From Lama glama (lineage: Eukaryota), in contig CM052817.1 in assembly GCA_028534125.1 (NCBI GenBank), forward strand, positions 102,860,001-102,924,000: 64,000 nt of DNA. Direction: 5' to 3'. The notes beneath the pieces are model-generated. The model searched no databases and had not been told where the DNA came from. It saw only the letters and a list, made by a program, of their open reading frames with translations. A program made the translations under genes and the position numbers. Shown one piece after another: positions 51,121 to 64,000 of the stretch. Each line of letters opens with the position of its first letter. Positions within the stretch are counted from its first letter, which is position 1.

Positions 51121-51999
51121 AATAAGGATCAAAACTTACAAATTTAGAATTCCAGATGATCTCAAAACTTCCTCTCCAACCTCCAAATTTTATGATTCTA
51201 TACCATACCATAAGCTTATCTGTCACCTTGAAAACTGTGAAACATCACAAGATTAAAGAATTTGAAATGAAACGCCAAAAAAGAATTACAAAACTAGTGA
51301 ACTATAGTAAATAGAACTGACATTTGTTTCTCCTTCAAATGATGCACTATTATATGTATATGCATATGTATGCTAGAGTGAATAACATATATTTAATATT
51401 TTAGAAGAAAATACACTTATTTTATTTATTTATATATTCCGGCTAACATTTTCACTAGTCTGAAATGGCGCCTACTGTAATTAAGAATACCTTTATCCAT
51501 TTAATATGAAAAAGTAGCATCTTTACAATACAATCTTTTAAAGTTACATTAATGACTGACATTTCAATTTCCCACTCTTTAAAATTCTGCATTCCTTATA
51601 TTTTGAGTTGCACAATCAACGATTCTACAATTCTTACATTTTGAAATTTGAGGGAGAAAACTAGAAAGCAGTAATCAACACTAAAATCTGAGAAAGCAGA
51701 AAGAGTCTTTTAAAGGACAATGATGTTAGGGAATAAATAAACCCAGTTTTAATGTACTTTATAGATGATTCATGCTTCCGTGTAAGAAGTTATAAGGATT
51801 ATAGTGTGCATGTTTTATTGACAGGACAAGTGAAGATGTAAATCCTATAAATATTCAGAAGCGCAATCCCTTATTAAGATGATTAAAAGCTATAAGTAAA
51901 ATGTCAAATAAATAAAACAAGATATAAACATAAAATGTTAAAAACAAGTCATTCATCAGGTTACCACGAATAACAGTTGTAATAACAGATTTTATTAAA

Positions 52000-52160
52000 T
52001 ACTGTGATCTACAGGGTGTGATTATTATCCTTATTTTATACCCAAAGAAAAAGGCTTAGAGAATTTGAGTAACTTTTCTAACATCGCACACTCAGAAATG
52101 TCACAACCAGAATTAAACCTAAGGTAGTCTTAACTTTAGCGATTCTTACCCACTAAGTGT
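52000..52160 (-). mobile_element. MIR relic
   Basis: attattatccttattttata...aggcttagagaatttgagtaacttttctaacatcgcacac. Confidence 0.65.
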
Positions 52161-52774
52161 TCTAGCAGAGAATAAGAGTAAAGGAGAATCATTTTTAGGT
52201 AGTCCTTCATTATGACTTATACCTTCAAACACCAGAAGCAAAGCCATTTTTTTCCCCAAAAAAAGACATCAGGAGAATCTCCATAAAGTTCATGGACCTC
52301 TTCTAAAGAAATTGCCTTCATGTCTATACTTCCAAAGGAATACATTGATCAAAAAATGCCATTTGCATTCATCTGTATGTGAATGGAAAACAAAATGGAA
52401 AGTTGGCCCAGAAATACCATAGAATATATAAATTCATGATTGATTCTAATGTACTAAACTAAAAGAAGTAAAAAACTGCCTCAATGCTACTAGCACAAAA
52501 AATAAAAACAAGGGAAAAATGGTACTCTACTGAAATTATGAATTTCAATAATCTCATCAAATGCCCTTTTTTCACCTTTGATTAACACCCATGATTTTTC
52601 TGATATTTATGTAAAGCAATCTTGGGGCAAATTGCTCAAATTTGAAGCAGTGGAACCAGTTCTTTGAGGATTTTTTTTGGTTCTAATTGATGCTGTGACA
52701 ATGACTTAAATTTATTCGCCCTGAATCTCACTTTCCTTATTTAAAAACTGAGATAGCTGGACTATATTGGTGAG

Positions 52775-53110
52775 TTTTCTCCCAAATAATTTACTGAGAA
52801 AATTTTAAATGTACAACAAAATTGAAAGAAGCATACCTAATAATCCATATATCCTCCATCTATATTCTACCATTAACATGCTACTACATTTGCTTCATTG
52901 TACATCCACCCATCAATCCAGCTTATTTTTGGTGTATTTCTAACTAAATCACAGGCATTAGAATCTCTCCCCTTAAATACTTCAGCATGGTTTAATTGAG
53001 ATCAATAATTGTTTGCAGTTTTTTACATAAAATCCAAATATAATAAAACACACAAATCTTAAGTATCTATCCACTTAGTTTTAATAAATGCATACATCCA
53101 AACTCCTACC
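52775..53110 (-). mobile_element. Ancient L1M 3' relic
   Basis: aaattttaaatgtacaacaaaattgaaagaa...ttctaccattaacat...ccccttaaatacttcagcatg...cacaaatcttaagta. Confidence 0.6.
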
Positions 53111-53121
53111 AAGTTATAAAA

Positions 53122-55352
53122 TATCCTCAAACTATTCCAAAAGTTTGAAGAAGATGGAACATTTCCAAATTTATTCTGTGAGGCCACCAATAACATCATA
53201 TCAAAACCAGAAAAAGACACTAAAAAAAAAAAAAAAAAAAGGAAAGGAAGAAAATTACAGGCCAATATCTTTGATGAATACAGGTGCAAAAATCCTCAAC
53301 AAAATATTAGAAAACTGAATCCAACAACACATAAAAAGGATCATACACCATGATCAAGTGGGATTTACTCCAACGATGCAAGAATGGTTCAGTATTAACA
53401 AACTAATTAATGGGATACACCACATTAACAAGAAATAGGATAAAAATCACATGATCATCTCAATAGACACAGAAAAAGCATCTGATAAAATTCAACATCC
53501 ATGATGAAAAAAAAAAACATATCAAAGTAGAAATAGAGGGCCCATATCTCAACACAATAAAGGTCATTTGTGATAAAGTCACAGCTAACATAATACTCAA
53601 TGGTAAAAAGCTGAAAGTCTTTCCTTCAAAGTCAGGATCAAGACAAGGATGCCTACTCTCTCCACTTCTATTTAACATAGTCTTAGAAGTCCCAGCTACA
53701 GCAATCAGAAAAGAAGAAATAAAAAGCATCCAAATTAGAAGGAAAGAAGTAAAGCTTTCACTATTTGCAGATGACATGATTCTTTAAGTAGAAAACTCTA
53801 AAGTCTCCACCAAAAATCTACTAGAATTACTAAATGCATTCAGTAAAGTTATAGAATACAAGATTAATATATAGAAATCTGTTGCTTTCCTATACACTAA
53901 CAATGAACTATCAGAAAAAGGAAGCAAAAATAAAATCCCATTTAAAATTGCATCAAAAAGAGTAAAATATCTAGAAATAAACCTAACCAATGAGTTAAAA
54001 GACCTATATTCTGAAAACTATAAAACACTGATGAAAGAAATTGAAGATGATATAAAGATATGGAAAGATATTCTATGCTCTTGGATTGGAAGAATTAATA
54101 TTTTTTAAATGACCGTACTTACTCAGATTTAATGAAATCTCTATCAAAATACACATGACATTTTTCATAGAAATAGTACAAATAATCCTAAAAGAACAAC
54201 AAAAGACCCTGAACTGTCAAAGAAACCTTGAGAAAAAAGAGCAAAGCTGGAGGTAAAACCCTCCCAGACTTCAGGCTGTAATACAAAGCTATAGTAATCA
54301 AAGAAGTATTGTGTTGGCACAAAGCAGACACATAAATTAATGGAACAGAATAGAGAGGCCAAAAATAAATTCACACAGTTATGGTCAATTATCTACAACA
54401 AAGGAGGCAAGACTATCCAATGGAGAAAAGACAGTCTCTTCAGTAAGTTGTGCTGGAAAAACTGGACAGCTACATGTATAGGAATGAAATTAGAATATTT
54501 CCTCATATCATAGGCAAATAAAACCCTGCAAAATGGATTACACTCCTAAATGAAGACCTGAAACCATAAAACTCCTAGAAGAAAATACAGGCAGAACAGT
54601 CTTTGACATAAATCATAGCAATATTTTTTGGATCGGTCTCCTAAGGGAAAAGATACAAATGTAAAAATAAACAAAAGGAACCTAGTTAAAAGCATTTGCA
54701 CAGCAAAGGAAACCATCAACAAAATGAAAAGACAACCTACTGAATGGAAGAAAATATTTGCAGATGATATGTCTGATAAAGGGTTAATATTCAAAATATA
54801 TAAACAGTGTCTACAACTCAACATCAAACATTATTTCCAATAGCCAAGACATGGAAACAACCTAAGAATCCATCAGCAAACGAATAGATAAGGAAAATGT
54901 GCCATATATATATAATGGAAAATTACTCTGCCATAAAAAGAATAAAATTCTGCCACTTGCAATAATGTGGATGGACATGAGAGTATTTTGCTTAGTGAAA
55001 TAAGTCAGACAGAGAAAGACAAATACTCTATGTTAGCACTTTTATGTGAAATCTAAAAAATAAAACAAAGAAATGTATGTAACAAAACAGAAACGGACTC
55101 ACAAACATAGAAAATAAACTAGTGATTAACAGCAGGGAAAAGGAAGAGAGAGGGCAAAATAAGGGTAGGGGATCAAGAGGCACAAACTATTATATATAAA
55201 ATAAATGAGCAATAGCAATATACTGTACATCACAGGAAAATATAGCCATTATTTTTAATAACTTTAAATGGAGCATAATCTATAAAAATGTTGAATCACT
55301 ATTTGTACACATGAAACAAATATAATATTGTAAATCAACTATATGCAAAAAA
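53122..55352 (+). mobile_element. 5'-truncated L1: degenerate RT region to 3' end, with an internal deletion near 54828
   Basis: [30 protein letters not shown] and LFADDM (about 53761) motifs with many stops and frameshifts. 3' UTR ends ttgtaaatcaactata plus A-rich tail. Confidence 0.93.
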
Positions 55353-55458
55353 TATATATATCTAAACTACTAAACTAATGAGTTTTAAGTTTGTTTTCTA
55401 GATAACAGAAGCCAAGATGTGAAACAGGTTAGAGTGGCTCTAATAGAAGTAAAAGAGT

Positions 55459-58400
55459 GGGGGGCAGAGCCAAGATGGCAGGATAGAAAGACTCACAGCT
55501 TGCCACATATACACCAAGAATTGCATCTACAAACCCATCAAATCACACAGAACACCTACTGAACTCTGGCAGAGTGTCTCTCATTTCAAAATACAGGAGG
55601 ATTCTTACAAAATCCAGTAAGAAAAACAGGTAATTAAAAAAAAAAGTTCTAATTGAAACGTTCATAGCAATACAGGCCTTTCTCAAAAAAGAACAACCTC
55701 AAATAAACAACCTAAACTACCACCTAAAATAATTAGAAAAAGAACAAACAAAACCCAAAGTCAGCAGAAGGAAAGAAATAATAAAGATCAAGGAGGAAAT
55801 AAATAAAACAGAGGTTAAAAAAAATAGGAAGAAGTCAATCAAACCAAGAGCTGTTTTTTTGAAAGAGTAAACAAAATTGACAAAAATCTGGCCAGGTTCA
55901 ACAAGACGAAAAGAGACAGCACACAAATAAACAAAATACCAAACAAGTAGAAATACCAAAGATCAAGAGAATACTATGAATAACTATATGACAATAAATT
56001 GGACAACTTAGAAGAAATGGATAAGTTTCTAGAAACATACCATCCACCAAAGCTGAATCAAGAAGAAATAGATCTCTTGAACAGACAAATCATTAGAAGT
56101 GAAATAGAATCAGCAATAAACAAAACCTCCCTGCAAACAAAAGTCCAGGACTAGAAGGCTTCACTGAGGAATTCTATCAAACATACAAAGAAGAGTTCAT
56201 ACCAATCCTTCTCAAACTCTTCCAAAAGATTGAAGAGGAGGGAATACTCCAAAACTCATTCTATGAAGCCACCATCACCCTGATACCAAAGCCAAAGACA
56301 CTAGCAAAAAAAGAAAGCTTGAGGTCAATACTGTTGATGAACATAGATGCAAAAATCCTCAAAAAACATTAGCAAACAAAATCCAACAACACACCAAAAC
56401 AGTTCACACACCATGATCAAGTTTGATTCATTCCAGGGCACAAGGGTGCTTCAACATATGCAAATCAATGTGATACAGCACATCAACAAGAGAAAGGATG
56501 AATGTCAAATGATCATCTCAATAAATGCAGAAAAAGCATTTGATAAAATTCAACATTCATTTATGATAAAAACTCTTACCAAAGTGGTATAGACAGAACA
56601 TATCTCAACATAATAAAAGCTATTTATGATAAACCTACAGGCAACATACTGCTCAACAGTGAAAAGCTGAAATTCTTTCCACTAAAATCTGGAACAAGAC
56701 AAGGATGCCCACTCTCACCACTTCTACTCAATATAGTATTGGAAATCCTAGCCATAGCAATTAGACAAGAAAAAGAAATAAAAGGGATCCAAATTGGAAG
56801 AGAAGAGGTAAAGTTGTCATTATATATAGATGACATGATACTATGTACAAAAAACCCTAAAGGCTTCAAACAAAAACTACTAGGGCTGATAAAAGAATCT
56901 GACAAGATAGCAGGATACAAGATTAACATACAGAAATTATTGGCATTTCTTTACACTAACAAGGAAATATCAGAAAAGGAAAGTAAAGAAACAGTCTCTT
57001 TTAAAATTGCAACCAGAAAAATAAAATACCTAGGAATAAATCTGACCAAGGAAGTGAAAGACTTACATGAGGAGAACCACAAAACATTCACTAAGAAAAT
57101 TAAAGATGAATTAAAGAAATAGAAAGATATTTCATGTTCTTGGACTGGAAGAATTAATATTGTTAAACTGGCCATATTACCCAAAGCAATCTACATATCT
57201 AATGTGCTCCCTATCAAATTACCCAGGACATTTTTCACAGAACTAGAACAAATAATCCTAAAATGTATATGGAATCACAAAAAACCCAGAATTGCCAAAG
57301 CATTACTGAAGAAAAAAAATGAAGCTGGAGGAATAACCCTCCCAGACTTCAGACAATACTACAGAGCTACAGTAATAAAAACAGCATGGTATTGGTACAA
57401 AACAGACATACAGACCAATGGAAAAGAATAGAGAGACCAGAAATAAACCCACAGCTTTTGGTCAATTAATCTTTGTCAAAGGAGGCAAGACCACACAATG
57501 GAGTAAAGACAGTTTCTTCAGCAAATGGTGTTGGGAAAACTGAACAACTGCATGTAAATCAATAAAGTTAGAATACTCCCTCACACTGTACACAAAAATA
57601 AACTCAAAATGGCTTAAAGACTTAAACATAAGACAAGACATTTTAAACCTCTTAGAAGAAAACATAGGCAAAACATTATCTGACATACACTTCAGCAATG
57701 TTCTCCTAGGGCCGTCTACCCAGGAGATAGAAATAAAAGCAAAAATAAACAAATGGTACCTAATTGAACTTATTAGCTTTTGCACAGCAAAGGAAACCAT
57801 AAGCAAAACAAAAAGACAACCTACAGAATGGGAGAAAATATTTGCAAAAGATGAGACTGACAATGGCTTAATCTCCAGAATATATATACAGCTCATACAA
57901 TTTGATAACAAAAAACAAATAAACCCAATCCTAAAATTGGCAGAAGACCTAAACAATCAATTCTCCAATGAAGACATACAAATGGCCAACAGACACATGA
58001 AAAAATGCAGAGAAATGCAAATCAAAACTACAATGAGGTATCACTTCACACCAGTCAGAATGGCCATCATTCAAAAGTCCACAAATAATAAATACTGGAG
58101 AGGCTGTGGAGAAAAGGGAACCCTCCTACACTGCTGGTGAGAATGTAGTTTGGTGCAGCCATTACAGAAAACAATATGGAGATTCCTCAAAAAACTAAAA
58201 ATAGACTTACCATATGATCCAGCAATCCTACTCCTGGGTATATATCCAGAGGGAACTTTAATTCAAAAAGATACTTGCACCCCAATGTTCATAGCAGCAC
58301 TGTTTACAATAGCCAAGACATGGAAACAACCTAAATGTCCATCAACGGATGACTAGATAAAGAAGTTGTGGTATATTTATACAATGGACTACTACTCAGC

Positions 58401-58849
58401 CACAAAAAAGAATAAGATAATGCCATTTGCAACAACATGGGTGGACCTGGAGAACGTCAGTCTAAGTGAAGTCAGCCAGAAAGAGAGAAAAATACCATAT
58501 GAGATCGCTCTTATGTGGACCCTAAATAAAGTAAAAATGAAAAAGAAAGATGAACTTATTTATGAAACAGAAACACACTTGCAGACATAGAAAACAAATT
58601 TATGGTTACCAGGGGGGAAAGGGGTGGGAAGGGATAAACTGGGGGCTTGAGATTTGCAGATACTACCTAATATATACAAAATAGATTAACAAGTTTATAC
58701 TGTACAGCACAGGGAACCAAATTCAATATCTTGTAGTAACCTATGGTAAAAAAGAATATGAAAATGGATGTGTGTGTTCCTATATGACTGAAATACTGTG
58801 CTGTATGCCAGAAATTGACACATTGTAAGCTGATTATACATATACATAC
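55459..58849 (+). mobile_element. L1 with a short 5' UTR stub joined to post-endonuclease ORF2, running to the 3' end
   Basis: ggggggcagagccaagatggc 5' start. From about 55646 ORF2 linker (gttctaa...ttcatagcaatacaggcc), RT ([17 protein letters not shown]), C-terminal Cys-rich region and 3' UTR. Imperfect TSD aagtaaaagagtg / aagtaagaatg. Confidence 0.93.
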
Positions 58850-59765
58850 AAGTAAGAATGAAAATCTTCACCCTAAGTGAGTCCCTCTGTCCTGCCTCAG
58901 GGTTCCAAGAGCTTGAGGCCCCTCAAAGGGAAGAAAATCATCCCACCAGATGCCAAGATTCCTTCCAGCTCCGTATGGCCAATTCCTCTGACTACAGATG
59001 AAAGCAGTTAAATCACTCAGAGATTCTCTGCCTTTCACCGAACATGAAACATGGCCAGTTTCTCAAAGCTTGAAAGTTTCACTTGTAAATTATAATTGGT
59101 TTAATTGTTTGTTTATTGTGCTTAAGGCAATACTGTATTTGCGTCTCAGATACTCGTCTTTTTTAAATGATTTTGAATGGCAGTGAATACTTTTCCACAC
59201 TAGGGCCAAGCTCTAGTCATAAACTGAAATGCACCTCTGTACATTCGGGCAAGTTCCCAAATACAATAGTAATCTGGGTAGGTATTTACAGAGACAAGTG
59301 GAGTTTTCTATACACAGAGGATTAAACGCCTGCTGAGATCAGTCAGTCTCCATCCCTCAGTCTCAGTCTCCATCTCTCAATCATTTTTCCCTTGAACAGA
59401 ATGCACCTCTTTTGAATAAACAAATAACTTCCAGGAATATCTGCTAGACCCTCCTGTGTAACTGCAAGCAAGTCTGCCAGATTCCCTGGGACTCAGTTTT
59501 CTAGTTGGTAATACTGATTTGAAGGGGGGTGGACTAAATACTCCTCAGCACCAATAACCTAAACCATGTGATGAGTTAACACAAAATTTACCTCAAAAGA
59601 GCCATCTTCCTGCAGGTAATTAAGTGTCTGGCCCAAAAAAAAAAAAAAAGAAAAGAAAAAAAACGTAACCTCTAGTTCATCACGTCACTCCATCATCTTA
59701 AACACTCAGTTCTAACCACATGCTGTAACTTCAGCTGTACAAAGAGAGTTCTCAATAGTCCTGAA

Positions 59766-60341
59766 TGTTGCGGAAAAATGTGTTACAGCTCGGTGTTACA
59801 GCTCAGTTGTGACATCAACCTGGATCCAGGCAAGAGACCAAGCAGCACTCGGAGAGTTGGAGAACTCAAGTTTATTATGCCAGTGTGCCCAGAGGAGTTA
59901 ACACTCTAAGCTCTGGCCCCTGTCTGTAGGTTTACACAGGCCTTTATAGGCTGCCAGTTTTACACTTGGCAACATCATATGCAAATAAAGTATAACAGAA
60001 GTTGACCAACCAGAAACAAGCTTTGTAGAAACAGACCAATCAGGAGTGAGAGAAATAACCAATCAGGAGTGAGCTCCATGCAATGAAGTACTACAAATGG
60101 ACCAATCAGAAGTTAGGGAAGTGGACCAATCAGAAATGAGAGTAACAACCAATCAGGAGTGAAGGAAATAACCAATCAGAAGTGAGCTCAGGGAACCAAT
60201 ATAATTTTAGGGGTAAGTAAGCCGTTTCAGAGGCAAAAAGTGAGATAGAGCCTCTGGGCTAGGGAACCGGATGGTGCCGGCAGGAGAGTAGTGGCCCTGC
60301 CTGGGGGTCCTGCTGGTCTTTTTATGGGGCTTCACGCCTCA
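59766..60341 (-). mobile_element. ERV1-type solo LTR, 576 bp, 4-bp TSD
   Basis: TG...CA ends. tgaa at both 59762-59765 and 60342-60345. On the minus strand U3 repeats, TATAAA (59948-59943) and AATAAA (59876-59871) occur in retroviral order. Confidence 0.92.
59943..60200 (-). promoter_or_regulatory. LTR U3 promoter: TATA, octamer and CCAAT (NF-Y) array
   Basis: Six ACCAATCAG copies between about 60035 and 60179, plus ACCAAT at about 60195. ATGCAAAT at 59979-59986. TATA at 59943-59948. Confidence 0.7.
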
Positions 60342-62669
60342 TGAATAGCCAGTCCTCATTTCTCTGACATGTTTTCTTATTTCCTTCTTTTCCCTCAGAG
60401 CGTCTTCCTTAAAAGGCAGTTCCCACTTGGGCTGTTGCTATTTAAGATGTTTCCTAGACCCCACTTGCTTAGAGTTCATGTGTGCGAAAGGCGGGGCTGG
60501 TCTAGGAAGAGGTGCTCTTCCCTTTTCTGCGCTCCCGGGTATTATGTTCTACCCAAGCTGTTAGTCATCAATACTGACTATGATACAAGTGCTATAACAA
60601 CATACACTCTAAGGTAAACTCAGGTAACCAGAATCAGTAGAATGGGTAATAAGTTCTGATAGGAATAGTTTAAATCACAAGCACATTTGTTGCTCAGGAC
60701 TATGGAGAGGCAATTTTCCAAAGGTCTCCTGTGAGCACATCTTTTGATATTACTGATGTTCTCCGTTCTAGACTATCTTTTCAAGAAATGTTTATAGGGA
60801 GCAGGCTAGGCAGATAGGGCAGAGGGCAAATTAGTCCGCTGAGCAGTGTAACACCTCTTTCCAGGGCAGAGTTTGGACTGGCTTGGCTGCAGCCCATTTG
60901 AGGTCCGTAAGCTCAGGGTCCTCGCTTGTGACATGGTTTCTACGCCTTAGCGCAGCACCGTCCACCCAGCCCCTCCGGGGGACCTGGGGTGGGAGAACTC
61001 CCTCCCACAAACGTGAGGTTCATACTGCTTGCTGTACTAGGTGTTGTCTGTCTCTGAAGCAAAAGCCCCTGCCAGCATCTGTGAAACGGCAGCAGGCTAA
61101 CCCCTCAGCCTGCAAGTTGCCTTCCGGAATCTCAGGCCGTCGGCGTTGTGCACGCTGACACCTCGGATCGTCCCTCTGTTTCAACCGAGGGGTCACCGAG
61201 TCTCTTCTCAGTAACACAGAGCTGGCCTGAACGTCAAACCTGCAATAACTCTCCTAGCCAGAGTACTCTACGAGTTTTACTAGCAGTACAAATCGCATTT
61301 TTATAGAATCAAAAAATTATTCAGGTTTATTTAGAAAAGAAAATCTGGGGGAAAACATGCATAAGTTCAAGACTTCTCCAAATTTGCATAAATGCATTTT
61401 TACTGGATCCTGTTGTTCTCTGGGGTAGCCATGGAAAAACAAACCTAGGAACATTTTACACATGGTCAAAATGAAAGCCAGGCACAAAACACGATCAAAT
61501 GAAGGTAGTGAATATAAAAAAATAAACATTCCTGAAAAGAGTTTAAACATCTTTTCTTGTTGGTGCTATAAACAACTAAAAAAGGTGAAGGAGGAAAGGA
61601 TTATGGGGAATTTGCTACACTGACTTATAGCTATGGAACTTCCCCAGTGTACGCTGTAAAAAATTATAAACTGAAATATAAATGTTAGTACCTCCGTTTA
61701 AATGGCTACTCTGAGACAGCTGTTATTTTGCACAACTGCAAATTAAGGGTAAGATGCAGGAGGGAAGGCTCTGTTTTGGAACATAGTTGTAACCTATTTT
61801 CAACCAGACTTCCATACCCAGGCAGAACCAGCTTTGCCCTGAATTTCTCAGGTAAAGAAATTACATATCATTTTATTTGCTTTAAGCAGCCCTTTGTAAT
61901 TAAGCCATAGTTCTGCACGTGCTGTCTGAGAGAGAAAAGTAACATGAGATGCCAAACAAGAACATTTGGCTCTGAGAAGGCTCTTTTCATTCAACAAAAA
62001 TAGGCAATAGTCAGCAACAGGAGAACATAAGTTGTGTTTGTCTCTAGTACCTAATAAGATTGTTTGCATTTAGTAGACAGTTATTAAATATTCACTAAGG
62101 AAATTAACATAAATAGCCTTATTTTCATGGAATATTTTAATCTGAAAAAAAAAACTGGTACTAAAGGGATTTAAAAAATCAGTGATCTGGACTTGTTACT
62201 CAAATAAGAAAAATATCCACTGGAAAATTGGCTGAAATCTCTTATCTCAAAACTATTTGCAATAAACATATAATTACCTCACATTTCATATGTTATGATG
62301 ATGATTTTTTTTAAAAAATTGCTTGTCAAATCCAATGCATGAACTGTTTTATATTTCATTGAAAAGGTAAAAGAGAAAAAAGAATTTAATCCAAAATGTG
62401 GGGGGTTTTTGGTTTGTTTTATGGTAAAAATAAGCACCTGTATAGGTAATATGATTCTAAAAATAATTTACTACAATGTGCTGATACAACTTTTTTGCAG
62501 ATTACAATGCTTTCTTATTATAATTCTTAATTATAAAGTTTCTAATCAAGGTGCCATGACAAAAACGATAGCGAATTCTTTAACTTCCCACAGCTAGGAA
62601 AGAACCCAGACCATTGAAACAGGAGAACCTGGCGAGGGCACCGGCTTCAGGTAAAGATATCATGTGGGC

Positions 62670-62830
62670 AGGAATTCCCAGGCTGGGTATGCATGAAAGC
62701 ATCCCTTTTCAATGTAGTTTTCCAGCTCCCAACTCAAGTGATTTTGCACTTCTGATACGTACTTCGGAATCCGTAATTTAAACACTTCTTTGGGTGATTC
62801 TGGTGCTGACAGACAGGTTCGAGAGCTGTT
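62670..62830. mobile_element. MER5-like relic
   Basis: ggaatccgtaatttaaacacttctttgggtgattctggtgc. Confidence 0.45.
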
Positions 62831-63529
62831 CACAGGGGTCACAGAAACTGAGCAGGAGACCAGAACGAGTCGACAAACCAAATTAAGTTTTGGGAAGAGG
62901 ATCTAGAAGCAGCAGACAAGCGGGTCAGACCTGGGAGGGCTCTAGGTCTGACAATTAAGAGAGAAATGAAGTCAGAGACTCAAGCTGGAGGTCTGAGTAA
63001 GGTTGTGTGTTAGGATGGGCAAGACACTCAGCGGGATGTGTGGGCCCCTCGGCTGTCGAAGGGGACAGCAGCGGTGCCAGGATAAAGGCCACTGTCTCAC
63101 ATCCTGGGTTCAGAGACAATATTATCTTTAAGAAAATATTTGGCTTTAATTTTTCTGTAGAAAAAAAGACATACTGTCACATCAAACAGACTCATACCTT
63201 TTAAGGCGTTTGTGTTTCAGAAACATTAAAATTTGAGCAATGCACTTTGTGACTGAAGAATGAGGGTCGTTATAAAATGTGAGGCCCAGGAAGGAGATGT
63301 GAGCAATTAACCGAGTTAACTCGAAAACTTACGGAAAACTTAACTTGAAAGAAAAGGCATTCAGAAATGAGGCACTTGACAAAAATCAAGCTAAGTGGTC
63401 TTCCTAGTCTGTTAACTAAAATAAAGCATTACTTCCACATATCAAGGGAGGTGTACACCCATCTCCCTGCACCCCCTCCTCACCTTCCCAAAAAAACTGA
63501 GAGCAGACGTGTTTCATGGGTAAGAGTTC

Positions 63530-63690
63530 AGAGGTAGGACTCAGGCTTGGGGTTCGCTGCTTAGCAGCTGTGTGAGCCTGGGCGTGTCAGCTAATCCTGA
63601 TACGCCCCATATGTGAAATTAGAGGACTGGCGATAATGCCAGCGACTCTTATAAGGTGTCATTACGGTTATGTGCAATAATGTATTATTT
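63530..63690 (+). mobile_element. MIR relic
   Basis: cgctgcttagcagctgtgtgagcctgggcgtgtcagctaatcct...catatgtgaaat. Confidence 0.6.
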
Positions 63691-64000
63691 TACCAAATTA
63701 CTTAGTACTCATCCACAGTACAGGTTCAGCATTTCAGTGAACCAGGGCATTCTGCTTCCCTGATTTTCATGAATATTTTAGTTCAAAGATTCCGTTTTGT
63801 ATAGTAGTGAGGAAAGGGCCCTGTATCTTAACATTTGTAGCTCTCCGCAGGATCCCAGGATGTTAGAGCTGAAATTGGTTTAAGAGACTGTAGACAAACT
63901 CCCTAATTTTACAGGAGAAACTTAGAGATCAAGTGAGTATAAACTACAACTTTCTACTGATGTCTAGAAATTGCTTAACTGAATTTTGTCTTAGTTTTTT

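Noticed and set aside
58612..58633. G-quadruplex motif
   Set aside because: Ordinary G-rich tract of the L1 3' UTR.
60000..60200. Spaced ACCAATCAG repeats as a CRISPR-like array
   Set aside because: Mammalian DNA; repeats are short, spacers are related to each other, and all lie within an LTR U3.

Overview
Mammalian genomic DNA, AT-rich and dense in repeats. It is most likely from a camelid (camel, alpaca or llama), judged from a Vic-1-like tRNA-derived SINE and the style of the young L1 3' ends. The window lies inside the tolloid-like 1 (TLL1) gene on the minus strand. It holds one 111-bp coding exon (2405-2515, prodomain [14 protein letters not shown]..., exon 2 in the usual mammalian structure). 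Positions 2516-64000 appear to be the very long upstream intron and 1-2404 the next intron. The rest is interspersed repeats: several L1s (mostly antisense to TLL1; some internally deleted or scrambled), a partial MaLR provirus with a nested solo LTR, two ERV solo LTRs, L2/MIR/MER relics and microsatellites. The 500-N gap has 78 bp duplicated on its two sides and is probably an assembly artefact. I found no convincing new protein-coding or multi-gene system. The best leads are regulatory: a TLL1-sense LTR carrying TATA, an octamer and a CCAAT array, and an antisense splice donor in an L1 5' UTR 9.4 kb from the exon. Repeat family names come from recalled consensus sequences, not a database search, and boundaries of old repeats are approximate.
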